DNA of 24,000 nt, taken from positions 32,922 to 56,921 of the forward strand of contig JAQUAG010000011.1 of NCBI GenBank assembly GCA_028687375.1, read 5' to 3'. Source of the DNA: Arcobacteraceae bacterium (GTDB lineage: Bacteria > Campylobacterota > Campylobacteria > Campylobacterales > Arcobacteraceae). The notes beneath the pieces were generated by a model. That model was not told the DNA's origin and ran no database searches. It saw only the letters and a program-made list of their open reading frames with translations. The position numbers were made by a program, and so were the translations under genes. Positions 16,779 through 24,000 of the stretch are shown here, one piece after another. How positions within the stretch are numbered: position 1 is the stretch's first letter; each line of letters opens with the position of its first letter.

Positions 16779-16965
16779 ATTTTTTTCCTTTTTTAACAAT
16801 GCGAACGTTTTTTTTGGATTTTCCAATGCTGCTGCATTTTTGATGAATGGATTGTAACCAAATAAAACTTAAATGATATAAATAACTATTTTTATAAGTA
16901 GTTAAAACTTTTTTTACTTTTATTTAAGTATAGTATTACAAATTTATTACATAAAGAGGCCAAAT

Positions 16966-18140
16966 ATGTTTTTTGGAACACAAAAGTTAAAAGATGAGAT
17001 TGAAAGTTTAACTACTAAACTGTCATCTAAAGAGTTGGAATTAGGTTCTTCTATTGAAAAGATAAAAGATAAAGATAAAGAGATTAGCAGTTTAATTTCT
17101 AATAATAATCAACTTCAAAGTATGATTAATGAATTAAATGAAAAACTAAAGAATGCAAATAACACAGTAGTTACATCAACTTCAACTGACCATTTAAGTG
17201 AAAATCTTCAACATCTATTTAGTAGTGAAAATGAACATCTTAAAGTAGGTTTGTTAGATATTCAAGCAAACTTAGCAGAATCAACAACTTTAGCAAGAGA
17301 AATCTAGATAGTACCCATGCTGTAAAAACAGTATTTAGAGATTCTTCTTTAAAATTAAAAGATATTACCAATGAAATGAATTCACTGTATCTAAATGCTA
17401 CAGAGATAAATCAAGTTGTAAATCAATTAAATGAAAAAGCTGTAAATATTGCAAAAGCGGTTGTGACAATAGATCAAATTTCATTTCAAACAAATATTCT
17501 ATCTTTAAATGCTGCTGTTGAAGCTGCGACTGCGGGGGAAGCTGGTAAAGGTTTTGCCGTTGTTGCACAAGAGGTAAGAAATCTTGCAAATAGAAGTAGT
17601 GATTCGGCAAAAGAGATTAGTAGTGTTGTTCAATCAATTCAAGATAGTGTTAAACAAACCAATGAAAGATTTGAGCTAATAACACAAGCTATCAATCAAA
17701 TTTCACAAACAACCCTAAACTATTCAGATGAAATCAATGGTGCAATGAATATAACTTCAACAGCATTTGATGGACTCAATAGCATAACAGATAAAATATT
17801 TATGAGTTTAGCGAAACTTGACCATGTTATCTGGAAAGTGAATACTTATCTTTCTGTTGCAGAACAAAAACCTGCATTTGGATTTGTTGACCATAAAAAT
17901 TGTAGATTAGGAAAATGGTATAACGAAGGACTTGGTAAAAAATTCTTCTCTAAAACTCCAAGTTATGGAAAACTTGATATTCCACATAGTAAAGTTCACA
18001 ATGCAACACATCATGTATTTGATGCAATCAAAGATAATGAAGTTAATTATGATTATGCAGTTAAAGCACTTGCAGAGATGGAACAAGCTAGTAAAGATGT
18101 ATTTAAACTTCTTGATCAAATTCTACACGAAAGACATTAA
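16966..18140 (+). pseudogene. Soluble TlpD-like methyl-accepting chemotaxis protein with a C-terminal CZB zinc-binding domain, split by a 1-nt frameshift near 17300
   Basis: ORF 16966-17307 encodes a coiled-coil N-terminus. ORF 17376-18140 carries the MCP hairpin tip ([34 protein letters not shown]) and a CZB pattern: H150 in LDHVIWK, C176 in NCRLGKWY, and H204-x3-H208 in PHSKVH. The second frame is already open from 17244. Adding one A to the AAA run at 17300-17302 fuses the frames as ...[20 protein letters not shown]..., giving about 391 aa. No TM segment is present. Confidence 0.75.
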
Positions 18141-18173
18141 CGATATTATTTTTTTAAATATCTATGAGATTGC

Positions 18174-18200
18174 AAAGGGAGGCAACTCCCTTTTCTTATT
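18174..18200 (+). terminator. Rho-independent terminator downstream of the chemoreceptor gene
   Basis: AAAGGGAG (18174-18181), loop GCAA, CTCCCTTT (18186-18193), followed by TCTTATTTT. This is an 8-bp stem whose 3' arm runs into a T-rich tract. It lies between convergent stop codons at 18140 and 18201. Confidence 0.6.
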
Positions 18201-19004
18201 TTAAAAACTTTGAATGTCTTTTTGATTTATATTTTTTTGAAGATAATTTGAAATTTGAACTAAACAATAAGTAACTATAAAAATAAACAATCCAGAAAAA
18301 AAACTAATCCAAGGTGCAACATCCATAACATCTTTCCCATCACTTAAAATTGTACCCAAACTCATTTGAGGAGGATTGATTCCCAGTCCTAAGAAACTTA
18401 GTCCAGATTCTCCTAAAATAGCTCCACCTACTCCAAAAGTAAAAGAAACCAAAAAAATAGGAGCAAGTAATGGTGCAAAATATTTAAATATTATTTTTGT
18501 ATTGGATACTTTAGCCAGTTTCAAGATTTTTATGTATGGTTTATTTCCAATTGCAAAACTTTCACTTCTAATCAGCCTAGCTGTACCCATCCATCCAGTT
18601 ACTGAAAGAACAATAATAATTACAAACATCGATGCATCAACATAACTTACAAGCGCAAGTAATAAAAAGAAAGTTGGAAAAGTTAAAAATAAATCTATTG
18701 TAATAACTATAGCTTTATCAATATTGCCTTTAAAGTAACCACCATTTATCCCTATAAATAAACCAATAATCGAAGTGATACTCGCACTTAAAAATCCAAT
18801 AATAAGTGAAACTTGTCCACCTTCTATAACTCTTGCCATTATATCTCTCCCAAGTCTATCAGTACCAAAAAGGTGCTCGATTGAAGGAGATTGTAAGATT
18901 TGAGAAGGATTTAAATCATAAGGGGAAACTGTATAAACAAATCCACCAAAAAAAGTAAAAAAAACTATAAATAATAAAATAAAAACATATACTTTTATAT
19001 TCAT
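18201..19004 (-). CDS. ABC transporter permease, DppC/OppC/NikC type (peptide/nickel family), without partner genes nearby
   Basis: It has the HLFGTDRLGRDIMARVIEGGQVSLIIGF motif typical of DppC/OppC N-terminal regions, plus multiple TM segments and an EAA-like loop (ARLIRSESFAIGNKPYIKILK). I moved the start from the track's TTG (19064, which would overlap rsmD by 50 nt) to the ATG at 19004 (MNIKVYVFILLF...). No clear SD precedes that ATG. Confidence 0.85.
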   Translation of the reverse strand: MNIKVYVFILLFIVFFTFFGGFVYTVSPYDLNPSQILQSPSIEHLFGTDRLGRDIMARVIEGGQVSLIIGFLSASITSIIGLFIGINGGYFKGNIDKAIVITIDLFLTFPTFFLLLALVSYVDASMFVIIIVLSVTGWMGTARLIRSESFAIGNKPYIKILKLAKVSNTKIIFKYFAPLLAPIFLVSFTFGVGGAILGESGLSFLGLGINPPQMSLGTILSDGKDVMDVAPWISFFSGLFIFIVTYCLVQISNYLQKNINQKDIQSF

Positions 19005-19014
19005 AGTAAAAGTT

Positions 19015-19611
19015 CTACTCCTCGCTTTCAAATCTCTCAAAATAAGAAAGAGAACTATTTCCAAATTTTTTTGTTTTATATTTTCTAAAACTTCCTAAAA
19101 TATCAGGTAAAACAAGTTCTGCTTTGTGTTCAAAAGTGATTAAAAATATATTTTCATTTGTAAAAGATTCAACCATCTCATAAGATTTTTGATAGATATT
19201 TTCCATCCCATCTCTAAAATCAAATGGTGGATCAATATAAACAATAATTGCATCATTTTTAAAACTATTATTAACTAGTCTTGGTAAAACTTCAAAAGTA
19301 TCACCTAAAATTGGTGTAGAATTATCTGCATCGATTGTTTTACAATTTCTTTCAAGTATTTTATATGATTTCTTATCTATTTCACAAAAATAACTATGTT
19401 TTGCACCTCTACTTAAAGCCTCAAGACCAATACTTCCACTTCCACCAAATGCCTCTATGAAAATAGTATCAATTACATCATATTGCAATACATTAAAAAA
19501 TGATTCTTTTAAAATCGCTTTGCTACTTCTTGTTGTTTCTAAGGCTGGTAATTCGACAGATTTACCTTTATACTTTCCTGCTATTATTTTTGTTATTAAT
19601 TTATTACTCAT
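19015..19611 (-). CDS. rsmD: 16S rRNA (guanine966-N2)-methyltransferase RsmD
   Basis: 198 aa. It has an RsmD-like N-terminus (IIAGKYKGKSVELP...TRSSKAILKESFFNVL), the SAM motif FGGSGSIGLEALSRGA and the catalytic DPPF (YIDPPFDF). Confidence 0.88.
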   Translation of the reverse strand: MSNKLITKIIAGKYKGKSVELPALETTRSSKAILKESFFNVLQYDVIDTIFIEAFGGSGSIGLEALSRGAKHSYFCEIDKKSYKILERNCKTIDADNSTPILGDTFEVLPRLVNNSFKNDAIIVYIDPPFDFRDGMENIYQKSYEMVESFTNENIFLITFEHKAELVLPDILGSFRKYKTKKFGNSSLSYFERFESEE

Positions 19612-19640
19612 TTTATATTTCCAATTTTAAAATATTTATA

Positions 19641-21164
19641 TTATCTAGCATATCCACTAGCTCTTAGTTCTCTGATAACATTTACCTTGATTTCACCTGG
19701 ATACTGTACTTTATCCTCGATTGTTTGCGCTATTTTAGTTGCCATTAGTATCGCTTCATCATCATTTACAAGTTTTGCATTTACTATCACTCGTATCTCT
19801 CGACCTGCATTAATGGCATAGGCATTAATAACACCAATATTGCTACTAGCTATCTCTTCTATCTCTTCAACTCTTTTTAGGAAACTTTCAAGCACTTCTC
19901 TTCTTGCTCCTGGTCTTGCAGCACTTAAAGCATCAGCAGCACAAACAGCAGCACTTTCTATACTATTAGCTTCTTCATGTCCATGATGAGCATAGATTGC
20001 ATTGATAACTTCTTCAGGTTCTCCAAGTTTTTTACATAGGTCTGCTCCAATATCAACATGGCTACCTTTCATCTCATGAGTCAATGCTTTCCCAATATCA
20101 TGTAACAATCCAGCCCGTCTAGCTTTTACAGTATCACCACCAAGTTGTGAAGCAATCAATCCAGCTAAATTTGCAACTTCAAGTGTATGCGCTAGTGCAT
20201 TTTGCCCATAACTAGCTCTATATCTAAGACGTCCAACAAGTTCAATAAGTTCTGGATGCATATTTTTAATACCAAGTTCTAAAATAGTATTTTCACCCTC
20301 TTTTAAAATTCCCGCATCAAATTCACTTTTAACTCTTTGATAGACCTCTTCAATTCTAGCAGGTTGAATTCGTCCATCTTCAATCAACTCCTCTATCACT
20401 TTTGTTGCAATCGCACGTCTGTAAAGGTTAAAACTACTTACAGTAATAGTATTTGGAATATCTCCAATGATAATATCAACCCCCAAACACATCTCAAGAG
20501 TTTTAATATTTCTCCCCTCTTTTCCTATGATTTTCCCTTTTGTCTCTTCATCTTTTAAAGAGATATTATTTGTAAGTCTTTCAGCTGCAAACTCCCCTGC
20601 ATATCTTGTAACTGCATGAGAAAGGATATTTTGAACTTCTTTTCTAGAATTCTTTTGAGCTTCTTTATACACTTTTCTAAAAATTGAAGCTGTTACATCT
20701 CTTGATTCATCTTTTACAAGGTCAATCATCATCTCCTTTGCTTCTGGTTGCGTCAGCCCACTTACATTTTCTAAAATTCTTATAATCTTTTCGAGTTTCT
20801 TATTATAATCTTTCTCTTGATATTCAAGTCCTTTTCGTAAAGCTTCTATTTTTGTTTTAGATTCTAAAACGGTTGCTTTATCTTTTTTGATATTTTCTAA
20901 TTCTATCTCAAGATGATAATTTATCTCTTTTTCTTTTTTTTCAATTAATTTTTTTGATTCTTTAAACTCATTATCGAACTCTTTTTTAGCTCTTAATTTT
21001 GCATCTTTAAGCAAATTTTCCGCTTCAAGTTCAATCACTTTTGCTTTTGCTTTTGCTTGTTCTATATAAATATCAAATTTTGCATTATCTATTTTTTTAG
21101 ATATTATAAACCCCACAATTGCACTTATTGCAGATATTATAAATGCCCCTACTATCTCTTCCAT
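19641..21164 (-). CDS. rny: Ribonuclease Y
   Basis: 507 aa. It has an N-terminal TM helix, a long K/E coiled coil, a KH domain (GKIIGKEGRNIKTLE) and an HD domain (HTLEVANLAG...LLHDIGKA). AAGGG RBS lies 7 nt upstream. Confidence 0.95.
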   Translation of the reverse strand: MEEIVGAFIISAISAIVGFIISKKIDNAKFDIYIEQAKAKAKVIELEAENLLKDAKLRAKKEFDNEFKESKKLIEKKEKEINYHLEIELENIKKDKATVLESKTKIEALRKGLEYQEKDYNKKLEKIIRILENVSGLTQPEAKEMMIDLVKDESRDVTASIFRKVYKEAQKNSRKEVQNILSHAVTRYAGEFAAERLTNNISLKDEETKGKIIGKEGRNIKTLEMCLGVDIIIGDIPNTITVSSFNLYRRAIATKVIEELIEDGRIQPARIEEVYQRVKSEFDAGILKEGENTILELGIKNMHPELIELVGRLRYRASYGQNALAHTLEVANLAGLIASQLGGDTVKARRAGLLHDIGKALTHEMKGSHVDIGADLCKKLGEPEEVINAIYAHHGHEEANSIESAAVCAADALSAARPGARREVLESFLKRVEEIEEIASSNIGVINAYAINAGREIRVIVNAKLVNDDEAILMATKIAQTIEDKVQYPGEIKVNVIRELRASGYAR

Positions 21165-21709
21165 ATCGTACCCTTATTTGTAATAATATAATCAGATTTT
21201 ATATCATGTATTTGGGTTAAAGTTGTTTTTGATTGACACAAACAAAGCTGTGTAAACACTATTTTTGGTCTATAATCTAAGCTAGCAAAAAATCTATCGT
21301 AAAAACCAACACCAAATCCAACTCTTCTAAAAGTATCATCAGTCCCAACAATAGGTACTATTGCTAAATCTATTTTTACCCTTAATGAGGAGTCATTTGG
21401 TTCGTATATATTGTACTTTTGCTTATTCAAAGGGAGTCTGTAAGGGACAACCTTTAAACTATTTCCCATCATCAATGGAACATAAACTTTATAATTTTTT
21501 TCTCTTCTTAAAATATTTATTAAACTTCGTACATTCACTTCCATATCAAGGGGAATATACAATAAAATACTTTTTGGTTTTTCAATTTTTATAACTTCTA
21601 ATATCTTTTTTGATATAAATTTATCTTTTTTAATTTTTCCAAATTTACTACAAAACTTTAACTTTTTAATACATAATTTTCTAAAATCACTCTTTGTAAG
21701 ATTTTTCAT
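21152..21709 (-). CDS. 5-formyltetrahydrofolate cyclo-ligase family protein
   Basis: The C-terminal block DLAIVPIVGTDDTFRRVGFGVGFYDRFF matches the MTHFS pattern D-x-v-x-vP-x-v-x-x-D-x-x-G-x-R-x-G-x-G-x-G-x-YDR. I prefer the ATG at 21709 (MKNLTKSDFRK) over the track's GTG at 21745. The 3' end overlaps the rny start by 13 nt. Confidence 0.75.
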   Translation of the reverse strand: MKNLTKSDFRKLCIKKLKFCSKFGKIKKDKFISKKILEVIKIEKPKSILLYIPLDMEVNVRSLINILRREKNYKVYVPLMMGNSLKVVPYRLPLNKQKYNIYEPNDSSLRVKIDLAIVPIVGTDDTFRRVGFGVGFYDRFFASLDYRPKIVFTQLCLCQSKTTLTQIHDIKSDYIITNKGTIWKR

Positions 21710-21767
21710 CTTTATTAAGCCTCTATTGGATAAAATCCGAGCCACATATTACCAAAAGGAAATAAAA

Positions 21768-22319
21768 ATGAAGATTAAAAAATTATTGTTTTTTGCATTA
21801 TTATCTCTAAGTTTAATAACTGGCTGCGATAAAAAAGAGGAGATTGGTAGCGATGCTATTGCTCAACCAATTGCTAAAGATATCACTTTAAATTTAAAAA
21901 CTACTACAGGTGATGATTTAACAGTCGAGAGAAAAAAAGGCATCTGGTCTTTTGAACAATATCCAAACAAAACTGTATTAGTTGTCTTTTTTGCAACATG
22001 GTGTCCGCCTTGCAAAGCTGAAATTCCACACCTTATTAATCTTCAAGCAAAATATGGAAAAGATTTTCAAGTTATATCTGTATTAGCTGAACAGAATAAA
22101 CCAAACGAAGAACTAGCAAATTTTATAGCTGAATATAAAATTAGTTATCCTGTAACAAATAGTGATGAAAATTTTAAATTTGCAGATGCTGTTGGTGGAG
22201 TTGATGGGATACCTGCTATGTTCTTATTTGATAAAAAAGGTGCAATAGTTATGCAATATGAAGGTGCTACGCAAGAAGAAATTTTAGACAGCGATATAAG
22301 CAAACATATTGGTAAGTAG
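21768..22319 (+). CDS. Thioredoxin-fold thiol:disulfide oxidoreductase lipoprotein (TlpA/ResA/CcmG-like)
   Basis: It has the WCPPC active site and VLVVFFATWCPPCKAEIPHL. I moved the start to the ATG at 21768 (MKIKKLLFFALLSLSLITG|C, signal peptide plus lipobox), which has AAGGA 7 nt upstream. The track's TTG at 21726 would overlap the divergent gene's upstream region. Confidence 0.8.
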   Translation: MKIKKLLFFALLSLSLITGCDKKEEIGSDAIAQPIAKDITLNLKTTTGDDLTVERKKGIWSFEQYPNKTVLVVFFATWCPPCKAEIPHLINLQAKYGKDFQVISVLAEQNKPNEELANFIAEYKISYPVTNSDENFKFADAVGGVDGIPAMFLFDKKGAIVMQYEGATQEEILDSDISKHIGK

Positions 22320-23261
22320 ATGTTTAGTCTTTTTACAAAGAAAAAAGAGGTAGAGCCAGAGGCTATTGAATCATCTCCAAAAGAGGAAAAAAGTTTTTTT
22401 TCTAAAGCTTTAGAAAAAACTATCCAAAATATTGCAACTATTGCAAATTTTGGATCTAAAGCTGAAAAACTCTCTTTTGAAACAATTGAAGAGATTTTAA
22501 TTGAATCAGATATGACCTATGACATTGTAGAACTCGCAATGGATGGGTTACCAAATATGATTTCAAGAGATCAGTTAAGACATAGACTTATCTCACTTTT
22601 TGAATTTGCTCCAAAAATTAATTTTAATAATCTCCCTAAACCCTATGTACAACTTATTATTGGAGTAAATGGTGCTGGGAAAACTACAACAATTGCAAAA
22701 CTCACAAATATGTACACAAAAGCTGGTAAAAAAGTGATTTTAGGTGCAGGAGATACTTTTAGAGCAGCAGCAATTGAGCAACTTTCTATTTGGGCTTCAA
22801 AACTTGATGTTCCTATTATTAAAACAAAACAAGGGCATGATTCAAGTGCTGTTGCATTTGATACTATACAATCAGCTGTTGCTAAAAATATTGACCATTG
22901 TATTATAGATACAGCAGGAAGACTACAAACTCAAGCAAATCTTAATAAAGAGTTAGAAAAAATTGTAAAAGTATGCAATAAAGCACAAGATGGAGCTCCT
23001 CATCAAAAACTTCTTATCCTTGATGGAACACAAGGAAATAGTGCCATTGCTCAAGCAAAAGCTTTCAATGAAATAGTTGGAGTTGATGGAATAATTGTTA
23101 CAAAACTTGATGGAACAAGTAAAGGTGGAGCATTATTTAGTATCTCAAATGAACTTGAACTTCCTATTTTGTATGTGGGAATTGGAGAAAAAGCAGATGA
23201 TTTAATCCCTTTTTCTCCAGATGCTTTTGTTGATAGTTTACTTGATGGAATCTACTCCTAA
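22320..23261 (+). CDS. ftsY: Signal recognition particle receptor FtsY (short A-domain form)
   Basis: 313 aa with SRP-GTPase motifs [30 protein letters not shown] and GIGEKADDL. The ATG directly abuts the upstream TAG. Confidence 0.95.
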   Translation: MFSLFTKKKEVEPEAIESSPKEEKSFFSKALEKTIQNIATIANFGSKAEKLSFETIEEILIESDMTYDIVELAMDGLPNMISRDQLRHRLISLFEFAPKINFNNLPKPYVQLIIGVNGAGKTTTIAKLTNMYTKAGKKVILGAGDTFRAAAIEQLSIWASKLDVPIIKTKQGHDSSAVAFDTIQSAVAKNIDHCIIDTAGRLQTQANLNKELEKIVKVCNKAQDGAPHQKLLILDGTQGNSAIAQAKAFNEIVGVDGIIVTKLDGTSKGGALFSISNELELPILYVGIGEKADDLIPFSPDAFVDSLLDGIYS

Positions 23262-23275
23262 AAATGTGACCTATC

Positions 23276-24000
23276 TTGGAGCCACTCAAACTTATAAATA
23301 ATAAAAAAGAGTGGCTCTATCTCTTTATTATTTTTTTACTTTTTTTCTCTTTTAATAGCTACAAAGAATATAATAACTTTAAAGAATTTAGTTCAGATGA
23401 GATCTATCAAACAAGTGGGAAAGTTTTAAATATCTTTCCAGATAAAGATCAAACTAAAAATACGAATATTGCCAAAATTGAAACTGCTAACTTCACTTTT
23501 TTTACATCGATTCCAAATACAATAGAACTCAAACAATCAAATCATATAGAGTTTATTGTAGTATCACAAAAAGTCACATTTTATGATTTTGTTAAAGGAT
23601 TTTTTGCCCCAACTTTCAATGTCGAACTATTACCATCAAATCCAACAATTATAGAGAATATCAATCAAACAATACTTGCTCAACATCAAAATTCACTCAT
23701 CGGAAATCTTTTTAATACCCTCTTCTTTGCAACAAGTTTAAATAAAGAGTTACAAAATCTTTGTGCAATTTATGGTATATCCCATATTGTGGCTATTAGT
23801 GGATTTCATCTTGGAATTATCTCTTTTGTTTTATTTTTTATTTTTAATCTTCTTTATTCCCCCATACATCAAAAATATTTTCCATACAGAAATAAAAAAG
23901 TAGATATTTTAATTTTAATTAGTGTTATATTGTTTCTTTATCTCTTAGCAATAAACCTTGTTCCCTCTTTTTTGAGGTCATTCTTAATGTTTCTTTTTGG
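23276..24000 (+). CDS. comEC: DNA internalisation competence protein ComEC/Rec2, N-terminal part (3' end lies outside the window)
   Basis: Not in the ORF track. My translation of the frame starting at 23276 (TTG, the first possible start after an in-frame TGA at 23267) is open to the window edge: LEPLKLINNKKEWLYLFIIFLLFF...LCAIYGISHIVAISGFHLGIISFVLFF... The SH-x-x-AISG-x-H block is the ComEC competence-domain signature, and several TM helices are present. The exact start is uncertain. Confidence 0.75.
   Translation, partial: MEPLKLINNKKEWLYLFIIFLLFFSFNSYKEYNNFKEFSSDEIYQTSGKVLNIFPDKDQTKNTNIAKIETANFTFFTSIPNTIELKQSNHIEFIVVSQKVTFYDFVKGFFAPTFNVELLPSNPTIIENINQTILAQHQNSLIGNLFNTLFFATSLNKELQNLCAIYGISHIVAISGFHLGIISFVLFFIFNLLYSPIHQKYFPYRNKKVDILILISVILFLYLLAINLVPSFLRSFLMFLF

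Noticed and set aside
16779-16826. N-terminal extensions suggested by the ORF track for nusA (TTG 16826), thrB (TTG 14106), the permease (TTG 19064), 5-formyl-THF cyclo-ligase (GTG 21745) and the TlpA-like gene (TTG 21726).
   Set aside because: Each extension starts at a non-ATG codon without an RBS. An internal ATG then gives a family-typical N-terminus (MEKIIDIID..., MKVTVPATS..., a lipoprotein signal peptide, and so on). That ATG has a good Shine-Dalgarno for nusA (AAGGA), thrB (AAAGGAG) and the TlpA-like gene (AAGGA); the SD for 5-formyl-THF cyclo-ligase is weaker, and the permease ATG has none. The apparent 50-nt rsmD/permease overlap and the overlap of the two divergent genes at 21726-21745 disappear with the corrected starts.
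16779-16965. The 187-nt nusA/chemoreceptor divergent spacer as the site of a small RNA or small ORF. It contains a short hairpin AATGC-TGCT-GCATT followed by TTTT, and mini-ORFs such as ATGCTGCTGCATTTTTGA.
   Set aside because: The stem is only 5 bp, and the mini-ORFs are 4-5 codons without an RBS. The region is most simply two back-to-back AT-rich promoters, with an AAGAGG RBS for the chemoreceptor and an AAGGA RBS for nusA.
643-21594. The remaining short antisense or overlapping track ORFs: 643-945, 3290-3490, 3494-3760, 6371-6586, 7501-7716, 7771-8004, 13639-13821, 13922-14122, 15478-15906, 17398-17610, 17907-18119, 17932-18204, 18376-18645, 20337-20558 and 21361-21594.
   Set aside because: Each is fully or largely embedded antisense or out of frame in a gene with strong family motifs. 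Their compositions are Cys/Phe/Ile/Asn-rich and unlike real proteins, and none occupies free intergenic space.
1-24000. A genomic island, mobile element, prophage, CRISPR array or defence locus.
   Set aside because: I saw no integrase, transposase, recombinase, tRNA attachment site, flanking direct or inverted repeats, repeat-spacer array, or nuclease, helicase or NTPase genes of defence type. Composition looks uniform by eye, and most genes are housekeeping genes in operons.

Overview
This is a very AT-rich, tightly packed chromosomal core segment (G+C judged by eye, not computed). I support 25 intact or partial protein-coding genes plus one frameshifted chemoreceptor gene. I found no rRNA, tRNA, CRISPR array, transposase, integrase, phage gene or recognisable defence gene.

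Gene content and order suggest Campylobacterota, probably an Arcobacter/Aliarcobacter-like genome. The pointers are mreC, the thrB-ylxR-infB-rbfA-rimP order, RNase Y, QueH and a soluble TlpD-like chemoreceptor. This is inference from memory of those genomes, not a search result.

Layout:
- + strand: mreC', periplasmic cyclophilin, a 644-aa ankyrin-repeat protein and thiS.
- - strand: a small lipoprotein and an ATP-sulfurylase-like protein.
- + strand: queH and an RMD1/DUF155 protein.
- - strand: PiT, ribD, rimP, rbfA, infB, ylxR, thrB, cysS and nusA.
- + strand: the split MCP-CZB chemoreceptor.
- - strand: an orphan DppC/OppC-type permease, rsmD, rny and 5-formyl-THF cyclo-ligase.
- + strand: a TlpA-like lipoprotein, ftsY and comEC'.

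I do not see a convincing novel multi-gene system. The best candidates for something undescribed are:
1. The ankyrin protein translationally coupled to an orphan ThiS-type GG protein (1030-3161).
2. The facing ATP-sulfurylase homologue, whose sulfate-pocket and GRDHAG motifs are replaced (3609-4784).
3. A TlpD-like MCP-CZB gene split by a 1-nt frameshift (16966-18140).
4. Two 18-bp perfect palindromes that would fold as CUUG-capped hairpins in the cysS-thrB spacer.

Several ORF-track starts are TTG/GTG over-extensions and are corrected in the feature list. All functional calls rest on motifs read from the translations. No database search was possible.
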